This document shows positions 19,193-27,305 of a stretch of 64,000 nucleotides of DNA, in pieces. A program made the translations under genes and the position numbers. The notes under the pieces were generated by a model that was given only the letters and a program-made list of their open reading frames with translations, had not been told where the DNA came from and did not search any database. Where the stretch lies: NCBI GenBank assembly GCA_964586785.1, contig CAZPHS010000003.1:69062-133061 (forward strand), given 5' to 3'. The first letter of the stretch is position 1. Each line of letters starts with the position of its first letter. The DNA is from an uncultured Christensenellaceae bacterium. Lineage in GTDB: Bacteria > Bacillota > Clostridia > Christensenellales > SZUA-584.

Positions 19193-19573
19193 CTATCGCT
19201 TGGTATCAGCTTTCTTGTTTTCGTTCATTGTCTTTATAAGCTTTATCGCAAGGCTTAGCTCTTCTCCGCTTATGTTGCGCTCCGCCATTTCTTCGAGCAT
19301 TTTTGGAGTTATGCCGCGGCTTGTAAGCGAAGACGGCAGCGCCGGCTGTTCAAGCGTTTTATAACGGCGGCTTTGCTCTATGCCAAGAAGATAGTCTGCC
19401 GAGCATCCGAGAGTGTCGCAAAGCTTTTCGAGAACCTCTATTGACGGGCGCTTGCGTCCGCTTTCTATCTCCGCCAGGAAAGCCTGCGTGATTCCCACGC
19501 GAGCCGAGAGCTGAGCCTGTGTAAGTCCTTGCTGTTTGCGCTTTAGCTTTAATTTTTTAGGGAGGCCGTTCAA
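19193..19573 (-). CDS. XRE-family HTH repressor (cI-like)
   Basis: QQGLTQAQLSARVGITQAFLAEIESGRKRPSIEVLEKLCDTLGCSADYLLG. TTG start. Divergent from a Cro-like gene. Confidence 0.85.
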   Translation of the reverse strand: MNGLPKKLKLKRKQQGLTQAQLSARVGITQAFLAEIESGRKRPSIEVLEKLCDTLGCSADYLLGIEQSRRYKTLEQPALPSSLTSRGITPKMLEEMAERNISGEELSLAIKLIKTMNENKKADTKR

Positions 19574-19642
19574 ATAAATAATTTCCTTTACGCAAATTGT
19601 GTTACATATGGATTATAGCCGAGAGCGATAGAATTGTAAAGT

Positions 19643-19657
19643 ATAGCTTTAAGCTAT
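19643..19657. promoter_or_regulatory. Perfect 15-bp palindrome (candidate operator) in the cI/Cro-like divergent region
   Basis: ATAGCTT-T-AAGCTAT, abutting a TTGACA -35 hexamer for the rightward gene. Confidence 0.45.
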
Positions 19658-19714
19658 TGACAATCTGCCGTATTTTGGCTAGGGTTATGCCATGGGGAAT
19701 ATGGAGGTGAGGAC

Positions 19715-19942
19715 ATGAGAGTGATACTGGCTATGATACGCGAGGGTGCGAATATTTCGCAAACACAGATTTCAAGAAACGCGGGAATATCACAGGGTTA
19801 TTATTCGGATATTGAATGTGGTTTACGCTGCCCGTCACCCGATGTTGCGGTGCGCATTGCGCGAGTGCTTGATATTCCTGAAGGCGAGATATTTCGCGTT
19901 TTTTATGACGAAAAACAAAGGAGAAAAAAAGATGCGGTATAG
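19715..19942 (+). CDS. XRE-family HTH protein (Cro-like)
   Basis: ISQTQISRNAGISQGYYSDIECGLRCPSPDVAVRIARVL. SD GGAGGTGA. Confidence 0.85.
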   Translation: MRVILAMIREGANISQTQISRNAGISQGYYSDIECGLRCPSPDVAVRIARVLDIPEGEIFRVFYDEKQRRKKDAV

Positions 19943-19987
19943 TTGTTTTAAAAAGAGACGAAGGCTCGCGGGGGAGGCTTAACTTTT

Positions 19988-20197
19988 ATGCGGCGGCAAG
20001 ACCGTTTTGAGGGTGAGGCGGAGCAGCCGCCTGCGGTTATGTTTTGCGGCTGCTGCGGCGGGCCAATAAGACATGGGTGCGGTTATTATGTTTTCGAGGA
20101 TTTGGATATCTGCGATATATGCGCAAAAAGGTTTGCATGGTTTACATTTTTGGAACAAGCCGAGCGGCGCACCGCAATGCCGGAAAACTGGCTGTGA
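19988..20197 (+). CDS. Small Cys-rich (zinc-ribbon-like) hypothetical protein
   Basis: CGCCGGPIRHGC...CDIC pairs. SD GGGGAGG 10 nt upstream. Confidence 0.5.
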   Translation: MRRQDRFEGEAEQPPAVMFCGCCGGPIRHGCGYYVFEDLDICDICAKRFAWFTFLEQAERRTAMPENWL

Positions 20198-20206
20198 GGA
20201 AGGTTT

Positions 20207-20677
20207 ATGAGAGAAGTGGAAATGTTTTTGAAGGACTACTGGTATGCCGCGCGAAGCGTCGGCAGGCTGATGCTCGATCTTTCGGCCGCGCGCCACGCTT
20301 ACGAGCAAAGCTGCCAGAGCGTTCCCTTATCCGGCGGATTTATAAAAACGGGGAGACCGCGCTACGCGGCAAACAGCGCGGTTGAGAAGGCGGCGATAAT
20401 CGCCGTAGACCAGTTTCGTGCCGAGGTTGAAAGCATAGAGCGGCGGCTTGCGGGGGAGCGGCGCACGTTGGAGTTTATAGAGCAAACCGTTAACAAAGCG
20501 AGGCTGACCGCGCCGGAAGCCGGATATGTGCGGCTGCGGTATTTTGAGGGAAAAAGCGTGGAAGCCGCGGCGCAGCGTTTGTTTTGCTCCGTCGCGACGG
20601 CGGGGCGGCTTCGCGTATCGGCGCTTGATAAAATTGAATCGGCGCTCAAAGGCGGCAAGGCGGCCGGTGCGCTTTAA
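20207..20677 (+). CDS. Phage late-gene regulator-like protein (ArpU/RinA-type, sigma-70 region-4-like HTH)
   Basis: C-terminal YVRLRYFEGKSVEAAAQRLFCSVATAGRLRVSALDKIESAL resembles a region-4 HTH. The size and N-terminal helix resemble ArpU/RinA. Confidence 0.5.
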   Translation: MREVEMFLKDYWYAARSVGRLMLDLSAARHAYEQSCQSVPLSGGFIKTGRPRYAANSAVEKAAIIAVDQFRAEVESIERRLAGERRTLEFIEQTVNKARLTAPEAGYVRLRYFEGKSVEAAAQRLFCSVATAGRLRVSALDKIESALKGGKAAGAL

Positions 20678-20731
20678 CGGAATAACTTTTAGTGTAAAAG
20701 GGCAAAATACCGTCAAAAAAGGAGTGGCGTT

Positions 20732-20956
20732 ATGAGCGAATACTTTAAGCTGACGGATATTGACACGCTGATTAAAAAGGAAGGCGATATGGCTTTTGTT
20801 TTCGACGCTTCCGTTGACGACTGGGTGCGGGACAAAAACGACATACTTGTAAACAGTTTCGAGGAGCAGGACGGAGAGCATACGGCAGAATGCGTGCCTA
20901 TAAGCGAAGACGACGCGCGCGACTGGATTGCGCGCAGAAGAGAGGGCATAGAATAA
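20732..20956 (+). CDS. Small acidic hypothetical protein
   Basis: SD AAGGAG upstream, and a terminator-like hairpin (GCGGGC...GCCCGC plus T-run) follows. Confidence 0.45.
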   Translation: MSEYFKLTDIDTLIKKEGDMAFVFDASVDDWVRDKNDILVNSFEEQDGEHTAECVPISEDDARDWIARRREGIE

Positions 20957-21096
20957 GGCGCTTGTATGGAAGCGTTTTGGGGCGGGCAATCGTAATGAAA
21001 GCCCGCTCTTTTTTTATACCGTTTGATATATAATAAAAGCCGGTATATTATTATGTTACAGAGTGTTGTAAACATATTAATATGCGGGGTGTTTTT

Positions 21097-21429
21097 ATGA
21101 ATACTTTTTTTGTGTCTCTTGATATTAACGGCGCAGTGCGGGCAATCAGCGATGCGGTTATAAGGGGAAGCATAACGGGAGAGCTTATAGACCATTACGA
21201 AGCGTCTGCGCCAAACGGCACGGGGTTTGTTATGCTTGTATTCGAGAAGCATTATTACCGGGCGGGAAACAGGCTTACGCTTACAGTGGCTATAGACGAT
21301 TTGGAAGGCAAAACGCGCGTACACAGCGTTGGCGGCGGAGGAGGAGAAGGATTGTTTCGTTTTGACTGGGGCGCTTCCAAAAACTTTTCGAACATCGTTT
21401 CCGACGTGCTCGCGCCTTACCGGTTGTAA
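21097..21429 (+). CDS. Hypothetical protein (110 aa) with a GGGGGEG loop
   Basis: ORF with a GGGGTG SD before the ATG at 21097. No family recognised with confidence. Confidence 0.45.
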   Translation: MNTFFVSLDINGAVRAISDAVIRGSITGELIDHYEASAPNGTGFVMLVFEKHYYRAGNRLTLTVAIDDLEGKTRVHSVGGGGGEGLFRFDWGASKNFSNIVSDVLAPYRL

Positions 21430-21609
21430 GCGGCGTATACACTTTAATTTATTGCGCGCGAATGTCCAATACAAACGCGGCGTGCATTAAGCGCCTTTTC
21501 GCGCTCCCTTCTCATATTTCGCTGAACAAATTCTGTATACGGGCGTAAAAAGAATAATAACAACAATGTGTATTTTTGAATATGTATAGTCATAGGGGGG
21601 TGAAAACTT

Positions 21610-21726
21610 ATGTGTTGCGGAAATTCTTACTGCCGGTGGGGACGCGGCGGCTGTTATCGCGGAGGCTGCGGAGGCTGGGGCGGAGGCTGGGGCGGCTGTT
21701 GCCGTCGCGGCTGTCGCTGCTGGTAG
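21610..21726 (+). CDS. Candidate micro-ORF: 38-aa Cys/Gly/Trp/Arg-rich cationic peptide
   Basis: Hand translation: MCCGNSYCRWGRGGCYRGGCGGWGGGWGGCCRRGCRCW, stop TAG at 21724. SD-like AGGGGGG ends 9 nt before the ATG. It lies in an otherwise unassigned gap. A 123-aa ORF on the opposite strand is a competing reading. Confidence 0.4.
   Translation: MCCGNSYCRWGRGGCYRGGCGGWGGGWGGCCRRGCRCW
21661..21697 (+). repeat. Imperfect tandem of a GGAGGCTG(C/G)(GGC) unit inside the micro-ORF
   Basis: GGAGGCTGC GGAGGCTGGGGC GGAGGCTGGGGC GGCTG, read directly. Confidence 0.8.
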
Positions 21727-21861
21727 TATAACAGGCTCGCCGTATAAGGCGGGCCGTACATTAATAATCATCTGCTCCCCCCGGGTTGTTTTTTTGGCGC
21801 GTTCGCGGCGCTCGCCGGCGTATTTATGCTTATCGGGCGCCGCGCAAATATAAAACAAATC

Positions 21862-21981
21862 TCAGCCGTCGTGAGGATTAACCTCTCCGCTGTGAACAAT
21901 CCTTATGTTTTCCGGCAGACCCAAATTGTTATCCCTGTCTTTTATCTTAGGCGATTTTTTTCTTTCCTTTTTGCGTTTCAT
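21862..21981 (-). CDS. Candidate small basic protein (39 aa)
   Basis: MKRKKERKKSPKIKDRDNNLGLPENIRIVHSGEVNPHDG. Canonical AAGGAG lies 8 nt before the ATG at 21981. The longer ORF-track version (to 22080) has no SD. Confidence 0.45.
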   Translation of the reverse strand: MKRKKERKKSPKIKDRDNNLGLPENIRIVHSGEVNPHDG

Positions 21982-22066
21982 TTGACGAAACTCCTTTCTT
22001 TGGTTTGTATTTAGTATGTGCAAACGCCAAAAAGGATAGTCATAAAAAAATGTTCGGAAACAGGTA

Positions 22067-22089
22067 TTGACAGCTAACATTTGTTAGCT
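22067..22089. promoter_or_regulatory. TTGACA -35 hexamer overlapping a perfect 8-2-8 palindrome (candidate TetR operator)
   Basis: AGCTAACA-TT-TGTTAGCT at 22072..22089, immediately upstream of the TetR gene. Confidence 0.6.
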
Positions 22090-22109
22090 TATTCTATGGA
22101 AAGAATGCC

Positions 22110-22748
22110 ATGGGGAAAAATATGACGGGAACACAAATAACAAAAGAAAAAATACTGTACACAGCGATAGATTTATTTTCCGAAAAGGGATATAAGGAAA
22201 TCACTGTACGGAAAATCGCTAAGCAGGTTGGTATAAAGGCCAGCTCAATATACAAGCATTACAAAAATAAAGAGGATATTTTAAACAGTATATTTGAATT
22301 ATTCAGGCATGAAATGAACAGGTCGGCTGTTATTGATAAACCGCTGGGGAAAATATATCCAAACATAAGTATAAAAGACTATCTTGATAAGTCCTATGAA
22401 GTATTCAAAACGGTAATGTGGACGCCGCTGACGATGAAAATTGCCAAAATAATAAATATTGAGCAGCAAAGGGATGAGTCAGTAAGAGCTTTTTTTATTG
22501 AGGAGCTGATTGATAAACCGAATTTAATACTTAAAAATGTGCTTGAAAGTATGATTGAGAATAAAATTTTAGCGCCTATTGACGCGGAAGCGGCGGCAAG
22601 GGAGTATAATGCGTATATTATTTTTCTTTATTATGAGCAGAACTTTCTTAAGCAAAGCCCGTGCCTTGAGGAAATCGACATTAAAATGAAAAAGCACAAC
22701 GAGTTTTTTATCGAGAATATATTAAAAGATGTGAGGACAATCAAATGA
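22110..22748 (+). CDS. TetR/AcrR-family transcriptional regulator
   Basis: N-terminal HTH: ILYTAIDLFSEKGYKEITVRKIAKQVGIKASSIYKHYKNKEDIL. The start could instead be the ATG at 22122. Confidence 0.9.
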   Translation: MGKNMTGTQITKEKILYTAIDLFSEKGYKEITVRKIAKQVGIKASSIYKHYKNKEDILNSIFELFRHEMNRSAVIDKPLGKIYPNISIKDYLDKSYEVFKTVMWTPLTMKIAKIINIEQQRDESVRAFFIEELIDKPNLILKNVLESMIENKILAPIDAEAAAREYNAYIIFLYYEQNFLKQSPCLEEIDIKMKKHNEFFIENILKDVRTIK

Positions 22749-23533
22749 AAGTTTTAGCTGTTATAGGAAGCCCGCGTAAAACGGGTAACACTTACAAAGC
22801 GGTTGCAAGGATTGAGCGGTTGCTGGCCGGCAGGGATAATACTATAGACTTCGAATATTTGTTTCTTGTCGACTATAATCTTAAAACCTGCACCGGCTGT
22901 TTCAACTGTATCGCAAAAGGCGAAGAAAAATGTCCGTTGATAGACGACAGGGATATAATTAAAGGAAAAATGGACGAAGCCGACGGAATCATTTTTGCAG
23001 CGCCGAGCTATGCAATGGGCGTGCCGGCAATATTTAAAAATTTAATAGACAGGTTTGCGTATACTCTGCATCGTCCATGCTTTTTCGACAAGGTATTCTT
23101 AGCCGTTATGACAATAGGCGGGGTTATGGGGGGCAAGCGGACGCTCAATCAAATCACAACGCTCGCGGCGGGCGCTAAGAAAGTAATCAAGCTGGGTATA
23201 TGCGCACCGCCGGTTGCTTTGGCCGGTATTGAAAAAAGCAGTGCCAAAAGTATAAAAAAAGCGTCGAAGGTGTTTTATAAAAGCTTGCTGAAAAAGCAAA
23301 GAAAGCTGCCGGGAATCGGAGATTGGGCATATTTTCACGCGTTTAAAAGCTTTTGCGCATTTGAGTGTTATCGGAAAGTTTGCCCTGCGGACGTCGATTA
23401 TTATCAGTCCAAAAAGGAGTATTTCTTTCCTATAAAGGGGCGTCCGTTCCGCAGGGCGGCGGGAAAGATTATTAGCGTGCTGACGCGGTTTGGGCTTAAG
23501 ATAATGGTTAAAGAGCGTCAGCGGCAAAATTAG
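22745..23533 (+). CDS. Flavodoxin-like NAD(P)H-dependent FMN reductase / iron-sulfur flavoprotein family
   Basis: MKVLAVIGSPRKTGNT flavodoxin-like fold start and CTGCFNCIAKGEEKCP cluster motif. ATGA overlap with the TetR gene. Confidence 0.75.
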   Translation: MKVLAVIGSPRKTGNTYKAVARIERLLAGRDNTIDFEYLFLVDYNLKTCTGCFNCIAKGEEKCPLIDDRDIIKGKMDEADGIIFAAPSYAMGVPAIFKNLIDRFAYTLHRPCFFDKVFLAVMTIGGVMGGKRTLNQITTLAAGAKKVIKLGICAPPVALAGIEKSSAKSIKKASKVFYKSLLKKQRKLPGIGDWAYFHAFKSFCAFECYRKVCPADVDYYQSKKEYFFPIKGRPFRRAAGKIISVLTRFGLKIMVKERQRQN

Positions 23534-23636
23534 GGCGCCGGAACGCGCTGTTTTTTGCTTTAAAGCCTTAAGAATTTATTGATAGTCATTATAGAATAAA
23601 GTATAATTTAATATATTTAAACGGAGGTATAATAAA

Positions 23637-24074
23637 ATGAAAAAGACCGGTTATGTGCTGGGTATTGTCGGAGGATGCTTTGCTCTTGTCATCGCGTTCG
23701 CAAGCCTCTTGGGCGGGCTGTTTTTTATTATGGGAGGGCGGGCGTTTTTCTCTGAGATTATTGACGCCGTAAACCAATTGACCAAAATTAACGGATCGTG
23801 GAACATAATTAGACCGAACATTGTCAGTTTTTCAATCAGCATAATCTTTTTTTATGTTTTTGTTATGTGCCTTGCCGCGGGTATATTAGGGCTTATAGGC
23901 GCGGTGTCGGTTTGCAAGGACAATGTAAAGGCGGGCGTGCTTATGTTGGTGGGCGCGGGGCTTTGTTTTATAACTCCCGCGGTTGGTTTTATACCTATGG
24001 TTCTGCTTCTATTAGGCGGTATTTTCGCTCTTTCTAAAGAAAAGCCGGAACAAAACGTACAGGCACAGAAATAA
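23637..24074 (+). CDS. Small polytopic membrane protein
   Basis: Four hydrophobic segments. SD GGAGG upstream. Confidence 0.6.
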   Translation: MKKTGYVLGIVGGCFALVIAFASLLGGLFFIMGGRAFFSEIIDAVNQLTKINGSWNIIRPNIVSFSISIIFFYVFVMCLAAGILGLIGAVSVCKDNVKAGVLMLVGAGLCFITPAVGFIPMVLLLLGGIFALSKEKPEQNVQAQK

Positions 24075-24084
24075 AACAGCGATT

Positions 24085-24114
24085 ATATACGCGTAATGCT
24101 GAATATACGCGTAA
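24085..24114. repeat. Two direct copies of ATATACGCGTAA (18-bp period), each containing the palindrome TACGCGTA
   Basis: 24085..24096 and 24103..24114, just upstream of a strong promoter. Confidence 0.7.
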
Positions 24115-24130
24115 ATGTTGAATTTGTGCA

Positions 24131-24160
24131 TTGACATTATACATATATAAAATATATAAT
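24131..24160 (+). promoter_or_regulatory. SigA-type promoter driving a leader of about 260 nt before the ABC ATPase gene
   Basis: TTGACA (24131..24136), 18 nt, TATAAT (24155..24160). Confidence 0.6.
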
Positions 24161-24426
24161 TTACAAGTAAAAGTGGATTATATATTGGCTTAAATTGTTA
24201 TGAAAACAGCGGCTGTTTGGCCGTTAATATTTGGGGCAATCCCCAAATAATGCGGTCCGGGCGACTCCACTTATTTGTCCGGATACGTAAAAGAAAAGGA
24301 GGCAAGAATTATCCGCATCAGCTTGCGGTGCAGCAGTGTGGAGACCTGCTGTAAAGCCATCGTCACGTATGCGGGCGTTGGCGAGCTGCGCAGTTAGCGG
24401 ACGCTGTGCGCGGCAGAGCTGTACAA

Positions 24427-25554
24427 ATGGCAAACGTAACACTAAAAAACATCAAGAAGGAATACGACAAACATGTAGTCGCGGTGGAGGATTTCAACCT
24501 TGAAATTAAAGACAAGGAATTTATCGTTCTGGTTGGGCCTTCCGGCTGCGGAAAAACCACTACGCTTCGCATGGTGGCGGGGCTTGAAGAAATCACGGAC
24601 GGCGAGATCTACATAGGCGATACGCTCGTGAACAATATCCCTCCGAAAGATAGGGATATCGCTATGGTCTTTCAAAACTACGCTCTATACCCTCACATGT
24701 CGGTGTTCGAGAACATGGCGTTCGCGCTTAAACTTCGTAAAGAACCCAAAAACACTATAAACGAAAAAGTCAGGCGCGCGGCGGAAATATTGAATATTAC
24801 CGATTTGCTTGAGCGCAAACCTAAAGCGCTTTCCGGCGGACAGCGGCAGCGTGTTGCCATAGGGCGCGCTATTGTGCGCGAACCTAAAGTGTTCCTTATG
24901 GACGAGCCGTTATCAAACCTTGACGCTAAACTTCGTAATCAGATGCGTGCGGAAATCATCAAGCTGCGCGAGAGAATTGACACCACATTTATATACGTAA
25001 CGCATGACCAAACCGAAGCGATGACGCTTGGCGATCGTATTGTCATTATGAAAGACGGTTTTATTCAGCAAATAGGAACGCCTCAGGAGGTTTTCAACCG
25101 TCCCGCGAACCTGTTTGTGGCCGGCTTTATAGGCTCGCCGCAGATGAACTTTTTGTCCGCGGAATTAACTCTTTCCGGCGGAAAATATGTTGTGCGTATT
25201 AAAGACCAGGATGTGGTGCTGTCTGATAAAAGGCAGGAGTTCTTTAAACAAAAGCGCCAAACGCCCTGCAGGGTAATAATGGGTGTGCGTCCGGAGCATA
25301 TGGTTGTGGTACCGCCCGATACTCCAAACTGTTCAAAGGTGCGAGTGGACGTATCCGAAATGATGGGCAGCGAGGTTTACCTGCATGTTGAGTTCGGTGA
25401 AACAATTATGATTATTCGCGTTAAGACACACGATATAAATAAATATGTATTTGAGCCGGGCAAAGAGAACTACATATACTTTAAGATTCCGGCACCGGCG
25501 GTTCATTTATTTGAAGCGACCACGGAAAAGAACCTTCTACTGACAAAGAATTAA
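24427..25554 (+). CDS. msmX: Orphan carbohydrate ABC-transporter ATP-binding protein (MsmX/MalK/UgpC family)
   Basis: [13 protein letters not shown] start, [34 protein letters not shown], and a C-terminal MalK-type regulatory domain. No permease or binding-protein genes are adjacent. Confidence 0.85.
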   Translation: MANVTLKNIKKEYDKHVVAVEDFNLEIKDKEFIVLVGPSGCGKTTTLRMVAGLEEITDGEIYIGDTLVNNIPPKDRDIAMVFQNYALYPHMSVFENMAFALKLRKEPKNTINEKVRRAAEILNITDLLERKPKALSGGQRQRVAIGRAIVREPKVFLMDEPLSNLDAKLRNQMRAEIIKLRERIDTTFIYVTHDQTEAMTLGDRIVIMKDGFIQQIGTPQEVFNRPANLFVAGFIGSPQMNFLSAELTLSGGKYVVRIKDQDVVLSDKRQEFFKQKRQTPCRVIMGVRPEHMVVVPPDTPNCSKVRVDVSEMMGSEVYLHVEFGETIMIIRVKTHDINKYVFEPGKENYIYFKIPAPAVHLFEATTEKNLLLTKN

Positions 25555-25580
25555 TAATTAAGCGGGTTTAAAAAATTTAA

Positions 25581-25620
25581 GACTGCGCCCCGGGATAAAC
25601 CTTAGGCGCAGTCTTTTTTA
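25581..25620. terminator. Bidirectional terminator between convergent genes
   Basis: GACTGCGCC / GGCGCAGTC 9-bp stem, T-run after and A-run before. Confidence 0.85.
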
Positions 25621-25635
25621 TCTTTTTGCAGTTAA

Positions 25636-26616
25636 TTAATATTTGATGAACTTTTCGCCCGAAACGCCGCAGATACTGCATTTCTCGGGACGGAATTTCT
25701 CTATATTGCCGCAGACGGGGCAAAGGTAATAGAAAACTTCTTCCGTCTTATCAATGTTATCCAGCGCATCCTGATACAGTCCGGCATGAACCTCTTCCGC
25801 TTTCATCGCGAAGGTAAACGTCATAAGAGCGGCCTTGTTGCCCGTCGTCTTGGCTTCTTCTACGAAATCCGGATACATCTCTTTATACTCGTATGTTTCT
25901 CCCGCGACCCCGTCCTTTAAGTTATCAGCGGTTGAGCCTATTTTTCCCGCCACTTCAAAATGCTTTAAAGCGTGAAGGGTTTCAGCGTCAGCCGCAGCCC
26001 TGAACAATTTAGCGGCGTTTGTTTTTCCCTCTTGCTCGGCTTTTTTGGCATAGGCAGTATACTTTCTGTTTGCTTCGGCTTCTCCCGTAAAAGCCGCCAT
26101 TAAATTTTTAAGCGTCTTATTTTCACTCATTACGTTATTCTCCTCACTATTATTAAATGTTTTCAACAATTCTTCCGCGGCGGCTTTGGGAAACCCTTCC
26201 GGTTGATTTTTGTCAATAAGCGATTGCAAGAAATCCTTGGCGTTTTCGCTCTGCGGAAGCATATATCCGGCTTCGCGTATAATATCCTCCGTCATAATAC
26301 GATTGGATTTTTCAATGGCGCGGTACAGCTTGCCGTTAAGTCCGGCAGCTATATTTTCTTGCTTCGATTTGCTTTTAACAAGCGCGTTAAGCGTATTTTT
26401 TACAGTCTGTGTTTTAGACTGCTGTTTAGGATATTCTTTGGGCACCATAGAAATCGCGCCGGACGGGCAGGCGTCGGCGCAGTCTCCGCAGCCGGTGCAC
26501 TTTGCGACATCAATAATGCTGTTTTCCGTGTCTGTCGCGCCGGTGGGGCAGACGTAAAGACACAGGCAATCCTTAGTGCATAAACGTATATTTCTTACTG
26601 CATATTTTCCGGCCAT
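25636..26616 (-). CDS. Ferredoxin-domain / rubrerythrin fusion protein
   Basis: N-terminal cluster motifs CTKDCLCLYVCP and CTGCGDCADACP. A linker of about 100 aa. Complete rubrerythrin: di-iron helices (EAEANRKY, AETLHA, GETYEYKEMYP, AEEVHA) plus a C-terminal CPVCG...CSICG rubredoxin-like domain. Confidence 0.85.
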   Translation of the reverse strand: MAGKYAVRNIRLCTKDCLCLYVCPTGATDTENSIIDVAKCTGCGDCADACPSGAISMVPKEYPKQQSKTQTVKNTLNALVKSKSKQENIAAGLNGKLYRAIEKSNRIMTEDIIREAGYMLPQSENAKDFLQSLIDKNQPEGFPKAAAEELLKTFNNSEENNVMSENKTLKNLMAAFTGEAEANRKYTAYAKKAEQEGKTNAAKLFRAAADAETLHALKHFEVAGKIGSTADNLKDGVAGETYEYKEMYPDFVEEAKTTGNKAALMTFTFAMKAEEVHAGLYQDALDNIDKTEEVFYYLCPVCGNIEKFRPEKCSICGVSGEKFIKY

Positions 26617-26618
26617 TT

Positions 26619-27284
26619 TTAGTCCCTCCCTTCAATCTTATCAAACTTCCAATCCGGCACCTTGCATACCGGACAGGTTTTAGGCGGCGCGTCTCCTATG
26701 TAAATAAAGCCGCAGATGGTGCAAACATAAACACCGGTATTATTAAACATTGCGTCGCCCTCTTTTTGGCGGCGTGTTAAAAGCGATTTTTGTATGCGCG
26801 TTACTTTTTCACTCCACGCTAAGGCGCGAAGCGCGCCCCTATCGTTTGCTTCGGATGCAGCGGCGTTCGCGCTCGGGAAGCCCTCCTCAATGTCTTTTTC
26901 AATTAAAGATGCCAATTCGCCAACATCCGGTTTTACTGCCGGCGCGGAAGCTGACTTAAAATATTCGGCAAGCTCTATAAAGCGCGCCGCTTCATACGGT
27001 TTGTACTGTTTTTCGCAGCCGCGCGCGAGATTTGTGCAAAGCGCGCTAACCTCCAGCGGAGACATTTCCTTTATGTCCGCCGATTCATTGATTACCGGCG
27101 CCGGCTTTCGCTCCGAAGATACCTCGCCCGATTTGCTGAAATCAGATTTTGCCGCGCCGCATAGAGGACAAGCCCAATCTTCCGGCAGTTCCTCCCATTT
27201 TGTGCCCGGTGCGATACCCGCCTCGGGAATACCCTTAGCTTCGTCATAGACGTAGCCGCAAACGGAACACACGTATTTTGCCAT
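26619..27284 (-). CDS. Protein with N-terminal rubredoxin and C-terminal rubredoxin-like Fe(Cys)4 domains separated by a His-free helical region
   Basis: [11 protein letters not shown]...WACPLCG (rubredoxin), then ...[10 protein letters not shown]...CPVCK at the C-terminus. The middle region of about 130 aa contains no His and no ExxH di-iron motifs. Confidence 0.7.
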   Translation of the reverse strand: MAKYVCSVCGYVYDEAKGIPEAGIAPGTKWEELPEDWACPLCGAAKSDFSKSGEVSSERKPAPVINESADIKEMSPLEVSALCTNLARGCEKQYKPYEAARFIELAEYFKSASAPAVKPDVGELASLIEKDIEEGFPSANAAASEANDRGALRALAWSEKVTRIQKSLLTRRQKEGDAMFNNTGVYVCTICGFIYIGDAPPKTCPVCKVPDWKFDKIEGRD

Positions 27285-27305
27285 TCCATTACCCCCTTTT
27301 TAGTT

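Larger units (their letters stand above)
17323..21429. mobile_element. Degenerate phage-derived gene cluster (prophage remnant), interrupted by a DUF975 gene
   Basis: Holin_LLH-like gene, divergent XRE/XRE switch, small Zn-ribbon ORF, ArpU/RinA-like late regulator and small acidic ORFs. No integrase, terminase, capsid, tail or lysin genes are present. Confidence 0.4.

Noticed and set aside
19026-19364. 112-aa plus-strand ORF with an internal TAAGGAGG and a hydrophobic stretch, considered as a possible type I toxin
   Set aside because: There is no canonical start codon at a sensible distance from the SD-like motif. The hydrophobic segment is the antisense reading of the XRE repressor's Lys-rich C-terminus, and the ORF overlaps that well-supported gene.
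21487-21858. 123-aa minus-strand ORF (Ala/Thr/Pro/Ser low-complexity, internal Met preceded by GGGGGAG) overlapping the Cys-rich micro-ORF antisense
   Set aside because: Its low-complexity core is simply the complement of the GGC/TGC-rich repeat. The SD-to-ATG spacing for the internal start is only about 3 nt, and the ORF-track start has no SD. I kept it as the explicit competing hypothesis for the plus-strand peptide rather than calling it a gene.
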